Shown here piece after piece: positions 43,270-52,869 of a DNA stretch of 64,000 nt; the stretch's first letter is position 1; every line of letters begins with the position of its first letter. The notes below the pieces were generated by a model. That model searched no databases. It was not told the DNA's origin and was given only the letters and a program-made list of their open reading frames with translations. The position numbers and the translations under genes are program-made. The stretch lies in IMG/VR virus record IMGVR_UViG_3300038525_000015, positions 16,980 through 80,979 of that record. One strand, written 5' to 3'. Origin of the DNA: a virus (taxonomy: Duplodnaviria > Caudoviricetes).

Positions 43270-44484
43270 TTACCAGAGTCCCCGCAACTGCTGATCGTCA
43301 TCAGCCTGAGCCGGCGCCTGGCCGCTCTGTTGTGCCTGCTGTAGCCAAGGGGCACCCAGTTGCTGCAAAAGCGCACCGGGCTTTCCGTTCGGTGAGGCCT
43401 GTTGGCGGCCGGTACCGGTGGCGGGCCGGCGCTGACCTTCAGCGTTCAACCGATCATACAGCTGCAAGCCTGCCTGGAATGCTTGGTCGGCCGACAGCTG
43501 CGTATCACCCAGCGGGTCCTGATTGCCCATGGTCATCTTCGCGTAATCCATCGCGAAGTCCTGGCGCGACTTGCCCTTGGCGGAGCGCACCATATTCCAG
43601 GCATCCTCCTCGCTGGAGGCCACCCCATTGGCTAGCAGCCAGCTCGCGGTCTGGACTTCTGCCGGCGCGGAACGCCCGTTAACACCACCCGGCTCGCGTA
43701 CCACCGCTTCCTTGCCGTCCTTGGTGTTGCGCTGCATACGCGTGCCGTCCGACAGCTCGAAGGTCTCCCACCGCCCCTCTTCCTTGGGTAGGTAACCGGC
43801 CCCGCGTAGGTACCCCAGCATCTTGTCCCGGTTGGTGCCCAGCGCCTGGTATAGCTGCTTGGCACCCATCACCGGACTGATCGCCTGCTCGATGTCGTAC
43901 TGAGCGACCTCGTCGTCTTCGTCGGCGGTGCCGCGATTTACCGTCATCGGCGCGTTGTACTTGAAGCCCTTGTCGTCTTCGACCTCCAGGTCGAACACCA
44001 GGGTGCCTTCACGCTGCCCTGGATAGATGCCGGCCAGGCGCTTCTTGCCGCCCTTACCCCGGCCAACCCGGGGTGCATAGAAGTCGTTCATGGCTGTGAC
44101 CGTCTCCTGGCTGAAAAGGCGGCCTTCCCCACCAGCCAGACGCTCCGCATACGATACGGCCGCTTCGGTTTTCGGGTTGAGCAGGTGTACCGGGTCTGCC
44201 ATTGGATTGCGCTTGAAAACCGCTTCCAGCTCTGGAGTGATCGGCACTTCGATTTCGTTAGCCCAGCCTTGGTAGAACTGACTGATCTGCTGCTGATCCT
44301 GCTGCCGCTGCCGATCCTCCTGCTGCGCCGCGAACTCCTGTTCACGCATCTCCTGGTTGCGCATCTGCAGTCCCATCTGCTGATCGGCGCGCTCGTTCTG
44401 CTTCTGCTGCTGCAGGAAGCCATTCATCATCCCGAAGCCCTGAACGAAGCCATCGTAGGCTCCGCGCGTATCCAGTCCCGCCAT
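43270..44484 (-). CDS. Internal virion/ejection protein, 404 aa
   Basis: GGAG RBS; MAGLDTRGAYDGFVQGF, Q-rich coiled coil; position before giant protein. Confidence 0.8.
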   Translation of the reverse strand: MAGLDTRGAYDGFVQGFGMMNGFLQQQKQNERADQQMGLQMRNQEMREQEFAAQQEDRQRQQDQQQISQFYQGWANEIEVPITPELEAVFKRNPMADPVHLLNPKTEAAVSYAERLAGGEGRLFSQETVTAMNDFYAPRVGRGKGGKKRLAGIYPGQREGTLVFDLEVEDDKGFKYNAPMTVNRGTADEDDEVAQYDIEQAISPVMGAKQLYQALGTNRDKMLGYLRGAGYLPKEEGRWETFELSDGTRMQRNTKDGKEAVVREPGGVNGRSAPAEVQTASWLLANGVASSEEDAWNMVRSAKGKSRQDFAMDYAKMTMGNQDPLGDTQLSADQAFQAGLQLYDRLNAEGQRRPATGTGRQQASPNGKPGALLQQLGAPWLQQAQQSGQAPAQADDDQQLRGLW

Positions 44485-44602
44485 CGTGTTGTCTCCCGAC
44501 AGTACGAAATTTGATTCACCCAGCCGGGCATTTTCCCGGACTTCCCAACCCTGGCCAGGTAACGTCTTCGTGTTCCGCCCTGCCCCCGCAAGGCGCGGAA
44601 CC

Positions 44603-44640
44603 GGAGCCCCCGAGGGCCTTCCCAACCCCTCGGGGGCTCC
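44603..44640. other. Strong GC hairpin between ejection genes
   Basis: GGAGCCCCCGAGG...CCTCGGGGGCTCC 13-bp stem; no U-tract. Confidence 0.5.
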
Positions 44641-44641
44641 A

Positions 44642-44893
44642 CTACATGAACGAGCCGATCAGCAAGCCAACGCCAGCACCCACAGCGGCGCCACCCGGAC
44701 CGCCCACGCTCATGCCCAGCATTGCCCCCGAGGTGGCCATGCCGACCTGGGACTGCTTCCGCTGGGCCTTCTGCTGCTGCTCCATCTGGTCGTTCAGCGC
44801 CTTGTTCTGCTGCTGTTGCTGGCTGTACTGCTGCAGCCCTTGCAGCGCTTCGCCCTCCATGCGGCTCTTGAGGCCAAGAAGTCCGTAGCTCAT
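44642..44893 (-). CDS. Small ejection protein with glycine zipper, 83 aa
   Basis: Q-rich helix then 'GAMLGMSVGGPGGAAVGAGVGLLIG'. Confidence 0.75.
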   Translation of the reverse strand: MSYGLLGLKSRMEGEALQGLQQYSQQQQQNKALNDQMEQQQKAQRKQSQVGMATSGAMLGMSVGGPGGAAVGAGVGLLIGSFM

Positions 44894-44896
44894 GAA

Positions 44897-45424
44897 TCAG
44901 CCCTGCCCTGTAGTGGGTAGATTGGAAAGGCCCATACCGCCGGCCAGGATCTGGTCTTGCAGATCGCGGGCGGAAATCTTGGCCTGGTTGTACGCGCTGG
45001 CCGAATCGGCCGCCCGGCCCAGCGCCAATTGCCGGGTCTCTGCTGATCGCTGCGCAGGCGTCAGGTTAAGGCCCATGCCCTGGCGCTGCATCTGCAGGCC
45101 CTGCGCAGTGTTCGCGTAACTGGTGTTGACCGCGGCGGCGGCGGTCTCCCCCTGTCCGGCGGCGTAGGTCTCATCCGAGGCGAGGTTGGCCAGCTTGTCG
45201 ACGTAGGGTGAGAAACGGGTTTTCCAATCCTCCCACTGCGCGCGATACAGCTGGCCGAGCACCGTCGAGGCGCCTTGATCACCACTGAAGGCGGCGTTTG
45301 GGTCGACATACAGCCCATTCCCTCCTCCTACGGACGCGGCCTGCTGCAAGGCGGCCGCCTGCTGCTGTTCCGCCATCGCTTTCCGGCGCCGATCAATGGC
45401 GCCACCACCTCCTCCACCTGCCAT
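44897..45424 (-). CDS. Internal virion protein, 175 aa
   Basis: Gly/Ala/Gln-rich, operonic. Confidence 0.7.
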   Translation of the reverse strand: MAGGGGGGAIDRRRKAMAEQQQAAALQQAASVGGGNGLYVDPNAAFSGDQGASTVLGQLYRAQWEDWKTRFSPYVDKLANLASDETYAAGQGETAAAAVNTSYANTAQGLQMQRQGMGLNLTPAQRSAETRQLALGRAADSASAYNQAKISARDLQDQILAGGMGLSNLPTTGQG

Positions 45425-45426
45425 GG

Positions 45427-46128
45427 TTAACCCCCGTACCTAATGCCGTTGAGCGAGCTGCCGCTCAGCCCATATTGGCCGTTGTCCGCCCAGGAGGGCA
45501 TGGAAATCCCTGCACCCGACAAAGCCGTTTGAGTTTGCGCTCCATCGGCCTTCAGTCCTGTCAGGTAGTCGGCACCCAGCCCAGCGGCGGCACCCCCGGC
45601 CGCTCCCAATAGCTGCAGGTTCGCCGACTTGCGGTTGAAGCTGCTGACCGCATCGCTGCGAGCCGTGGCCGCCGACTGGGCAGCGATGTCACCGAGGCCC
45701 GCCTGCGCTTGGGTCGACTGCCCCGCGCCCATGGCTACGATGTTCTGCAGGCCGGTAATCTTCTCGGCGCCCTGCTGGAACTGCGCGCGTCCAAGCGTCT
45801 CGCCACTCTGATGGGCGCTCTGCTCGGCGAAATCGGTCTGGGTGCCCGTCCAGCGCCCGCTGCTGGGGTTGATACCAGCCAGACCAAGCTGGTTATCCAC
45901 CTGCTGTATGCCCTGGCTCAGATTGCCCATGGATGCCTGGTTGGTTGCCCCGCGGATGTAGCTCATGCGCCCGGCCGAATCCATGTCTTCGACGTTGGCC
46001 ATGTACTGGTTTTCCAGGGGCGCCAGCTTCTCCTGGGAGAAGTTCCACTTGTCCGCCGCCACCTGAGCCGCATAACGCTGCTCGGGCGTGTCTTTCACCG
46101 TCGTGTCGCCGCCACCGCTGCCGCTCAT
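45427..46128 (-). CDS. Internal virion protein, 233 aa
   Basis: MSGSGGGDTTVKDTPEQ start, Gly/Ala/Gln-rich. Confidence 0.7.
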   Translation of the reverse strand: MSGSGGGDTTVKDTPEQRYAAQVAADKWNFSQEKLAPLENQYMANVEDMDSAGRMSYIRGATNQASMGNLSQGIQQVDNQLGLAGINPSSGRWTGTQTDFAEQSAHQSGETLGRAQFQQGAEKITGLQNIVAMGAGQSTQAQAGLGDIAAQSAATARSDAVSSFNRKSANLQLLGAAGGAAAGLGADYLTGLKADGAQTQTALSGAGISMPSWADNGQYGLSGSSLNGIRYGG

Positions 46129-46625
46129 ACTGGCTCACCCGCGCGCGCCACATCCGCGGTGTCGTCCCGACCGTGCCGTAGCTCTCCCAGGTAGTCGGCC
46201 AGTGCTTCGTCGTGGAAATAGCGACGGATCTCCGCGCCCACCTGCTGCATCCAGTCGAAGCCACCGACCAGGCCGGCGCACTGCACCACCAGGCCAGTGA
46301 GCTGGTCACGCAGCACGAACGCCAGTGTGCGGCCGTGGTGATCGCCGGCGCGCTCTAGCGATACGCTGTCACGCCAGTCCTGCAGGGCTGACGCCATCAG
46401 CGGCCGTAGAAACGGTTCGTACTGGCGGTAGAAGGAATTGGCCGGCAGCCCAATCAGCGCCTCCCAGAACGCTTGGAAGATGAGCTCGCCGGTGACCGGC
46501 TTGTCGCCGTCGATCAGGTCGTCGAGGGTTTGCGAGATGCGAAACAGGGCTTCGCATAATTGAATGGCCGGGCCATGGCTCTGCAGCACATGCTGCAGAA
46601 AGGCCCGCTCGTTAGGCTGTTGCAT
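46125..46625 (-). CDS. Helical protein with DDxxD motif, 166 aa
   Basis: 'ISQTLDDLIDGD'; GGAG RBS before ATG 46625. Confidence 0.75.
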   Translation of the reverse strand: MQQPNERAFLQHVLQSHGPAIQLCEALFRISQTLDDLIDGDKPVTGELIFQAFWEALIGLPANSFYRQYEPFLRPLMASALQDWRDSVSLERAGDHHGRTLAFVLRDQLTGLVVQCAGLVGGFDWMQQVGAEIRRYFHDEALADYLGELRHGRDDTADVARAGEPV

Positions 46626-46673
46626 ATCGTTGTCTCCCGACATGGATAAGCGAAGGGGGAATAGGTTCCGGCT

Positions 46674-47399
46674 TCAAAGCTCGGAAACATCTGCGACCAG
46701 CATTGTCAGTGGGGCTGCTCCATTCGGCGAGTAGTTGAAGTTACCCTGGCTGCCGATATAGCGCACGGTCCCCGTCCACAGCAGCCCGGAAGCAAACCGG
46801 CCCAGCGTATCGATGTGCATGGTCCGCATATGCCGCCAGGTGTCCGTGAAGATCCGGCCACGCTGCGGGTCTATGAATTGCTGGCTAGTCCAGTAAACTC
46901 GTGTGTTGCCTATGGCGAAGGCCAGCGAGCTGCCACTGAACGGGAGGGCGCGCACCATCGTCTGATAGCGCCGCCAGCCCGTCTTGCTGTTTAGGTACTC
47001 GAAGGCGTCGTCGGTGACGGAAACGCGGCCCAGCAGTTGCAGAAACGGACGGGCCGTGTTGAAGGTAAGCACGCCTTCAGGGGAATAAATTTCCAGGCCG
47101 TAGCGCCCCGACGTGGCCGGCGGTGACACAGGCCCAAAGCTCCAGTATTCGACCTGGCCGGCCTGCCCCTGCGAGTCGGCAGTATTTCCGTTGGCACCGG
47201 ACAGAAATATCCGACCACCAATAACCGCCATCGGAAGAGCCGACCGATAGAAATTCATCACCCCGCCGCTGGCCATGGGCACCGCAAGTCCCGTCGTGGG
47301 AACATTGACCTGTCCTTTCCCATAGAAGCATAAGTTGGGCAGGTCATTGCCAGCGATCTTGTATCCCTGATCGTTGAATACTTCAAAGCCGACCGTCAC
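46674..47399 (-). CDS. Tail-tip/receptor-associated protein, 241 aa
   Basis: GTG start overlapping upstream stop; 'GFEVFND.G', 'YGLEIYSPEGVLTF' repeats; lower GC. Confidence 0.65.
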   Translation of the reverse strand: MTVGFEVFNDQGYKIAGNDLPNLCFYGKGQVNVPTTGLAVPMASGGVMNFYRSALPMAVIGGRIFLSGANGNTADSQGQAGQVEYWSFGPVSPPATSGRYGLEIYSPEGVLTFNTARPFLQLLGRVSVTDDAFEYLNSKTGWRRYQTMVRALPFSGSSLAFAIGNTRVYWTSQQFIDPQRGRIFTDTWRHMRTMHIDTLGRFASGLLWTGTVRYIGSQGNFNYSPNGAAPLTMLVADVSEL

Positions 47400-47683
47400 C
47401 GAATAAACACCGTGATGCGCGCGTCGCCGGCAAACTCCGGCCAAGTGTAACTGTCGGCATACTCCCAGAAAAAAGTCGAACCAGACTGGGTGACAGTCAG
47501 TACGCGCTGGCGGCCCTGCGTGACAATGGCCTGAATATCTTCCGGGGAGAAACTGGGGAATGACTTCGAGCCCGGCACGCCAGTAGTGTACGGGTCGAAA
47601 ATATCGATGATCCGGGCGTAGCGCCCCGATCCGTCCATGATCAGTTTCCCGTCCGGGGCAAATATTTCGATCCCGTACGGCAT
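47396..47683 (-). CDS. Tail-tip-associated protein, 95 aa
   Basis: MPYGIEIFAPDGKLIMD. Confidence 0.65.
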   Translation of the reverse strand: MPYGIEIFAPDGKLIMDGSGRYARIIDIFDPYTTGVPGSKSFPSFSPEDIQAIVTQGRQRVLTVTQSGSTFFWEYADSYTWPEFAGDARITVFIR

Positions 47684-47684
47684 G

Positions 47685-48886
47685 TCACCAGCTCCCCATG
47701 CGGATCATGAGTTGACCATTGGGATACCACATGCGAACGCCGGTATCGCCAATCTCCAGGCGCCCATTGTCGCCTGATCCATTGATGGCTAGCCCACCGC
47801 TCTTATCGAGCGCCCAGCGCGGTCGACCTTGCTTGTCCACCGCAGTCGACTTGATCACTCCGCTGATATTGCCATCCCCAACCCGCAGCTCATCCACATC
47901 AAGCATGTCCGCACGCAGCTTCCCAGCCAGGGTGGTAACCGGCTTGCCGGCGGCATCGAGGATCTTGCCGAAGGTGATCGGACCGAGGTGGCCTTCCTGA
48001 ATCGAGGCTTCCCGAATGAAGGCGCTGTCGATGTAGACCTTGCCGTCCAGCACCATGAACGGTTTGACCGCCGAGCTGGCGGCGCCAGGCCGAGCAATCC
48101 AGAAGCGGTCAGCCAGCACGGCGAAATCAGCCACCTTGCCGTCGTTGTGGGTGCCAAACCCGGACACGTAGCCGTTCACATCGGTGGTCAGCGTGAAGGA
48201 CGCCGATAGACCCTGTACCACCTCGGACTGTTGACTGATGCTCGTGCCGAAGCCGTTCAGGCGCTGGCGTAGCTTCTCTTCCAGAACGGACTCGCCGAGC
48301 TGGCCAGAGAGCTGACCCAGCAGATACGCAGCATCCGGCAGCGGCCGGGCAAAGGCGCCCGCCGCCGAGTTCGGCGGGCCTTCCATGCCGGCGGCCGAGC
48401 TGAAGGTGATCCAGTAGTAGAAGCCCGGCAGGTTCAGCGGATCCTCGGCCACCGTGGCGTCATCGCGCACCAGGTCGCTGTAAAACGCCCCTGCCTCGCG
48501 GCCAACCATCACCGCTGTGGCGAAGTTGTCCTCTTCCGAGCGGTAGATGTTGGTGAAGGCGTGGTTGTTGTAGAGGGTTTGCGGGCGCTCCCAGCTCAGA
48601 TGGACCATGCCGAAAAAGCTGCCGACTGCGGAAAAGCCCACCGGACGCGGAGGGACGGTCATGTCCTGCTGCTGGCTGGGCGACACCACGCCGGCATCCG
48701 GGTTGCCGGGTACGCGCAGCCTGGCCACACCGCCATCCAGCAGGTCGCGCAAGGTGAGCTTGCGGTCGAGCTTATCGCCGCGCAGGCCTTCACCGGTTTC
48801 GATGATCTCGGCAATGGCCGCCATCAGTGGGCGCAGCTCTGCCGGCACCTTCGCCGACAGAGGCGGCAAGGATTTGCGTTTCGACA
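47685..48886 (-). CDS. Tail tip/fibre protein with DUF1983-like domain
   Basis: FN3-like segment; 'TTDVNGYVSGFG', 'DFAVLADRFWI', 'KPFMVLDGKVYID.AFI'. Confidence 0.8.
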
Positions 48887-48917
48887 TTCTGGTGCCTCCC
48901 GGCATGCAGTCGAAGGT

Positions 48918-50543
48918 TCAGACGATCTCGCTTGGCGAGGATGCGATCTGCACCGATTGTACTTCGTGGATACCCTCCACCTCGACCTCCCAGTCTCGGC
49001 AGCTGGCATACCCTGCTGGCAGCCGGAACAGGTCGCGGCTTTCCACCGGCTGCTCGAGCACGGTCTCCCCGTCTGCGAAAAGGCGCAGCGTCACTGGGTA
49101 CTGTCGGGCGATCACCTTTCCGCAGGAGAAGCCAGCCGCGCCGGGCGGAATCTCGTGCACCTTGGAGCGCCAGCGCATCGTCAACGGCTCACCCCTGCCC
49201 CAGGCAGTGATCTGGTTTCCCTGGATCAGGCACAGCGTGTCGTTGCCCAGGTCGTACCAGCCAGATGTCGCGCTCACATCGTAGAACTCGAAACCCTCAC
49301 CCGGCGTGAAAGCGAAGCAACCGCCATCGTAGAAGGCCAGGTAGCGGCCGTCGTAGCGGTAGGCGTGGATCGTATGCGGCTTGAGCGCCTGCCACTGCGC
49401 CTTGGAGATGACCTCACGGGTCAGCACCTGCGCCTCGCCTCCGCCGACCGCCACGAGCCCGTTTGGCGAGGCGTAAACCGCATAGGCCCCCATGTCCACC
49501 AGGGAGCAGCCGGAGACGCAGGGCTGGTCCTCATTGAGCAGCATGTCGGCCATGGCCGCCGGCGACGAGCCGGTGATCATGTGCGGGCGGCCATTGGTGG
49601 CCACCACCAACCCGCCGGCCACTGCGGCGATGCCGACAATATCCTCGCTGAAGGCTAACTGATAGGCCACCGGCCAGGCGTGCGGGTACCAGGCTTCGGA
49701 GAAGCACAGCGTGTTGCCGAAGTAGCCGGCCAAAAACCCGCCCGGCATCGCGGTCAGACCCACCAGTCGGTCGTCCGGCATGTCCCAATCGGTGGACGGC
49801 AGAGCCAGGCCAAGGTTCTCGCTCAACACGCTGTCGGTGAAGCTGCCCTGGGCCGCCGGAACATCCGCAACGTGCTGGAACACCCCGGATAGCTCGGCCC
49901 GGTAGATGCGCTTGGTGACGATGTCGTGGGCACCGCTGGGGATGGCTGGCAGCGCCAGCACTACGCCGCCGCCGGCCGGCGCGTCGTCCACCATATCCCA
50001 GCGCAGGATCGGCTCGCTCGGCAAGCTGGGCGGCCCCTCTTCGCCGAAGCGGGTCACGCAGGTAACCGCGTAGGACGTGCGCACCGCCGTCAGCGGATAG
50101 TCGCTCTCGCCCGGACGCCCAGGCTGCACCGAGGCGAAGGGAGCCGAAGCGGGCGCCGGCACGCCCAGTCGAAAGCTTCGCGCCGGGTACGGCTGCGCAC
50201 CGCCAGTGATTTCGGCGATGCCGCCCATCTTGGGCGCGCCGTCACCCGTCCAGTACACGCGTTCCCAGGCATCGTCAGCGAGTGGCGACTTCACGACATG
50301 CACCCGCTTGCCGTTGCCCCAGACCATCCAGAAACCGGCGCCGTTGTTGCCGTTCGGGTAGCGGTAGATGGATGACGGCGCGATTACGTTCAACAGGCCT
50401 GCGAGCACATCAGGAGCGCGCTCGGGCTTCAGCGTGCCGCGCCGCAGGTAGACGTTGCGGGCCGCCTGGGCGTTCTGCTCAGGCAGCAGGCGCTCATCCA
50501 GGATTGGCAGTTCGCCACGGAACCCGGCGAAGGCGAGCTTCAT
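48918..50543 (-). CDS. Tail nozzle/stabilisation-type protein, 541 aa
   Basis: 'FAGFRGELP', 'LCFSEAWYPHAWP', beta-propeller-like spacing. Confidence 0.7.
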   Translation of the reverse strand: MKLAFAGFRGELPILDERLLPEQNAQAARNVYLRRGTLKPERAPDVLAGLLNVIAPSSIYRYPNGNNGAGFWMVWGNGKRVHVVKSPLADDAWERVYWTGDGAPKMGGIAEITGGAQPYPARSFRLGVPAPASAPFASVQPGRPGESDYPLTAVRTSYAVTCVTRFGEEGPPSLPSEPILRWDMVDDAPAGGGVVLALPAIPSGAHDIVTKRIYRAELSGVFQHVADVPAAQGSFTDSVLSENLGLALPSTDWDMPDDRLVGLTAMPGGFLAGYFGNTLCFSEAWYPHAWPVAYQLAFSEDIVGIAAVAGGLVVATNGRPHMITGSSPAAMADMLLNEDQPCVSGCSLVDMGAYAVYASPNGLVAVGGGEAQVLTREVISKAQWQALKPHTIHAYRYDGRYLAFYDGGCFAFTPGEGFEFYDVSATSGWYDLGNDTLCLIQGNQITAWGRGEPLTMRWRSKVHEIPPGAAGFSCGKVIARQYPVTLRLFADGETVLEQPVESRDLFRLPAGYASCRDWEVEVEGIHEVQSVQIASSPSEIV

Positions 50544-50920
50544 TACGGCCAGCCCTGTTCGAGCATTGCCGGCGTGAGCATGCCACTATTCAGACTGATC
50601 AATAGCTCGGCCTCCCGGTCGAAGCATACTTGAACGTGGGCACGCACCGCGCGGGCAATACCGATAATCTGCGCGGCATCCAGCTCGATGAAACCGCCAC
50701 CTGTTTTCCAGCGCAGGGTGTAATTCGGATCCAGCATAGCCTCTACCGCCGCGCCGTTAATCAGCAACTTACTACGGTCGTCTGTCTCGACCCGTATCCC
50801 TCCCACTGTGATTCCGTCAGTCTCGGCTTTCCAGCGACGCGTTGCGATTTCGGCAATTAGGGAGGCGTGGGCATCCGCAACTTTATCCTCGGCGGTTTTC
50901 ATCTTGCTCCAGTCGATCAC
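50543..50920 (-). CDS. Tail fibre assembly protein (DUF4376-like)
   Basis: 'IA.RRWKAET.GI', 'TDDRSK', 'WKT..GF..L', 'HVQ.CF.RE'. Confidence 0.8.
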   Translation of the reverse strand: MIDWSKMKTAEDKVADAHASLIAEIATRRWKAETDGITVGGIRVETDDRSKLLINGAAVEAMLDPNYTLRWKTGGGFIELDAAQIIGIARAVRAHVQVCFDREAELLISLNSGMLTPAMLEQGWP

Positions 50921-51207
50921 TGAGGCAACTCCACGGGGCCATCGGCCACCACATGAATAAGCTCGGGGAATGCCACGCTACGCGATGGATTTGGACCGTG
51001 CGGAAGGCATAACGTCAGGTGGAGTTCCCCGTTAATACGTTCAACCGGACCAATAAAGTGTTCGGATGCAATAGCCTCATTGGGGAGAGTTGCCCCATCC
51101 GGTAGAGGGGAGAAATCGTAATTGGTCCCATTTAAGATAAGAGTATCACCGCTTTTATAGACACTCAGCGTACTGTCCATACGGACAGGGGACAGTGTGA
51201 TTTTCAT
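50917..51207 (-). CDS. Tail fibre accessory protein, 96 aa
   Basis: MKITLSPVRMD...DFSPLPDGATLP...LTLCLPHG. Confidence 0.75.
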   Translation of the reverse strand: MKITLSPVRMDSTLSVYKSGDTLILNGTNYDFSPLPDGATLPNEAIASEHFIGPVERINGELHLTLCLPHGPNPSRSVAFPELIHVVADGPVELPQ

Positions 51208-51217
51208 ACAATCCTCC

Positions 51218-52555
51218 TTAGTACCAGCGCCCTACAGCAATAATATTTAGGATGCGGCTCGTGATGCTGACAGTTGGCGTAAAGTAGACAATGGTACATC
51301 CTGCCATAACAGACCCTGATTGCGGGTGGCTTGCCCCAAGCCACCCAGTTGCAGCGTTATCACGACCATTACCGCTTACAACAGGTTCGGATATGAATTG
51401 ATGCGGATACGTCCAGGGAATGCTCGCAGTGCGGAAGGAATCCGCCCCGTATTGCGCAGTTGACGTTGCACCTCCAGAACTGTACTGGTGGCATATCAGG
51501 GTTCCGTCCGCAAACTTCACGTACTGACCGTTTGCGTTCGATCCACGCTCAATGATCGCGCCCGTTGGTACTCCACCAGATTGTCCAACAGTCCCAAGGA
51601 TACTTTTACGTCCGTAAAGCTTTTCCCAAGCTACAGCTCCCATTGAAGCTTGATACCACCCCACGAACGTACCTTCGAGTGGGAACGTTACGATGTAGAG
51701 ACGGTCCGAGGAGTAGGCCATGCACGTACAGGTAAACCCTTGGGCGATACCCGAAGTACCAGTTGGCCCATTCGCCACCTCATTCGCCACTCCACGATAC
51801 AGCCCAGCCGGATTTCCAGTAGCGAAATCAAAGATCGTAGGGGGTTGAAGAGTATCGATACCTGTAGAACCAATCCCGAAAGCACCAACTTGGAGCAATC
51901 TTCCAAGAGTGGTATCTGTGTTGGTAGTTACAACATTGCGTTGCGAAGCACTCAACAGTCCCAACGTACTCCGCATTTCCGCTGCATCGGAGTCATCCAG
52001 CAATACACGTGCAAATTCCGTCAAAGTGGTGAGCGACAACGCCCCGGCATCGGTGAAGTACGGCAGACGATCAGCATCACCACTAAGGCTCACCAGAGCC
52101 GTCAGGTTGGCGTTGGCCAGCTTGTCCTTCTCGGTGGTGGTGTAGTCGTGGGTGGAGAGACCCTTGCCAGTGACCTTATCGACCTTGCCACCCAGAGCAG
52201 TCTCAGCCTCCTCTCGCAACCCCTCCAGCGAAGAGACGTCGGCCTTCTGACCCAGCAACCGCTCCAGCTCGCCGGCGGTCAGCGCCTGGTAGCAGAACGC
52301 AACGCCGGTCCAGTCGCGCGCCGTGGTCCCCTCTTGGGCGCGGCTTACCTCGTAGAGCGCCAGCCCGCTACGCCAGCCATAGCGGATCACCTCCAAGACA
52401 CTCGGCCGGTACGGACTGTCGGTCAACACCAGCACGCCGCCGCCTTCGGCTGGCAAGCGGTGCGGTTCATCAGCCGCGAACAGCCCGATTTCGGTGGCGG
52501 CAGCCGTGAAGGGCGTTACCACCCGGCACTGCACGAAGTTTTCGAAACTACTCAT
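51218..52555 (-). CDS. Tail fibre
   Basis: 'DKVTGKGLST.DYT', 'GAIIERGSNANGQYVKFADGTLIC'; low-GC distal half. Confidence 0.88.
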   Translation of the reverse strand: MSSFENFVQCRVVTPFTAAATEIGLFAADEPHRLPAEGGGVLVLTDSPYRPSVLEVIRYGWRSGLALYEVSRAQEGTTARDWTGVAFCYQALTAGELERLLGQKADVSSLEGLREEAETALGGKVDKVTGKGLSTHDYTTTEKDKLANANLTALVSLSGDADRLPYFTDAGALSLTTLTEFARVLLDDSDAAEMRSTLGLLSASQRNVVTTNTDTTLGRLLQVGAFGIGSTGIDTLQPPTIFDFATGNPAGLYRGVANEVANGPTGTSGIAQGFTCTCMAYSSDRLYIVTFPLEGTFVGWYQASMGAVAWEKLYGRKSILGTVGQSGGVPTGAIIERGSNANGQYVKFADGTLICHQYSSGGATSTAQYGADSFRTASIPWTYPHQFISEPVVSGNGRDNAATGWLGASHPQSGSVMAGCTIVYFTPTVSITSRILNIIAVGRWY

Positions 52556-52869
52556 TTATCGCGCACCTTCACCTTGAATTCGATTTCCTTCTGGCGGTCC
52601 TGCTGGGTGATCACCACGCAGGTCACCACGTAATCCACATAGTTGGTGCCACCGCCCAACCAGAGCTTGAAGCGCACCGGACGCACGCCGATCACCACCA
52701 GCGGCAGGTGGGGCGGCGGCCCCACCACCAGGGTCGGCTCGAGCTCGGCAAGGCTCGAAACATGTACCTCCACCGACTGGATGTCGTCGTCGGGCAGCTC
52801 GGAAAACCAGTCGGACATGTCCACGTCGTAATCGAGGACGTCCCGGGGCTGTTTGGTGAACGTGGTCAT
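52552..52869 (-). CDS. Fibre adaptor-like protein, 105 aa
   Basis: 'FTKQPRDVLDYDVDMSDW'. Confidence 0.65.
   Translation of the reverse strand: MTTFTKQPRDVLDYDVDMSDWFSELPDDDIQSVEVHVSSLAELEPTLVVGPPPHLPLVVIGVRPVRFKLWLGGGTNYVDYVVTCVVITQQDRQKEIEFKVKVRDK

Noticed and set aside
46674-52555. Diversity-generating retroelement or invertible tail-fibre switch
   Set aside because: No reverse transcriptase, invertase, template/variable repeat pair or flanking inverted sites seen in the window
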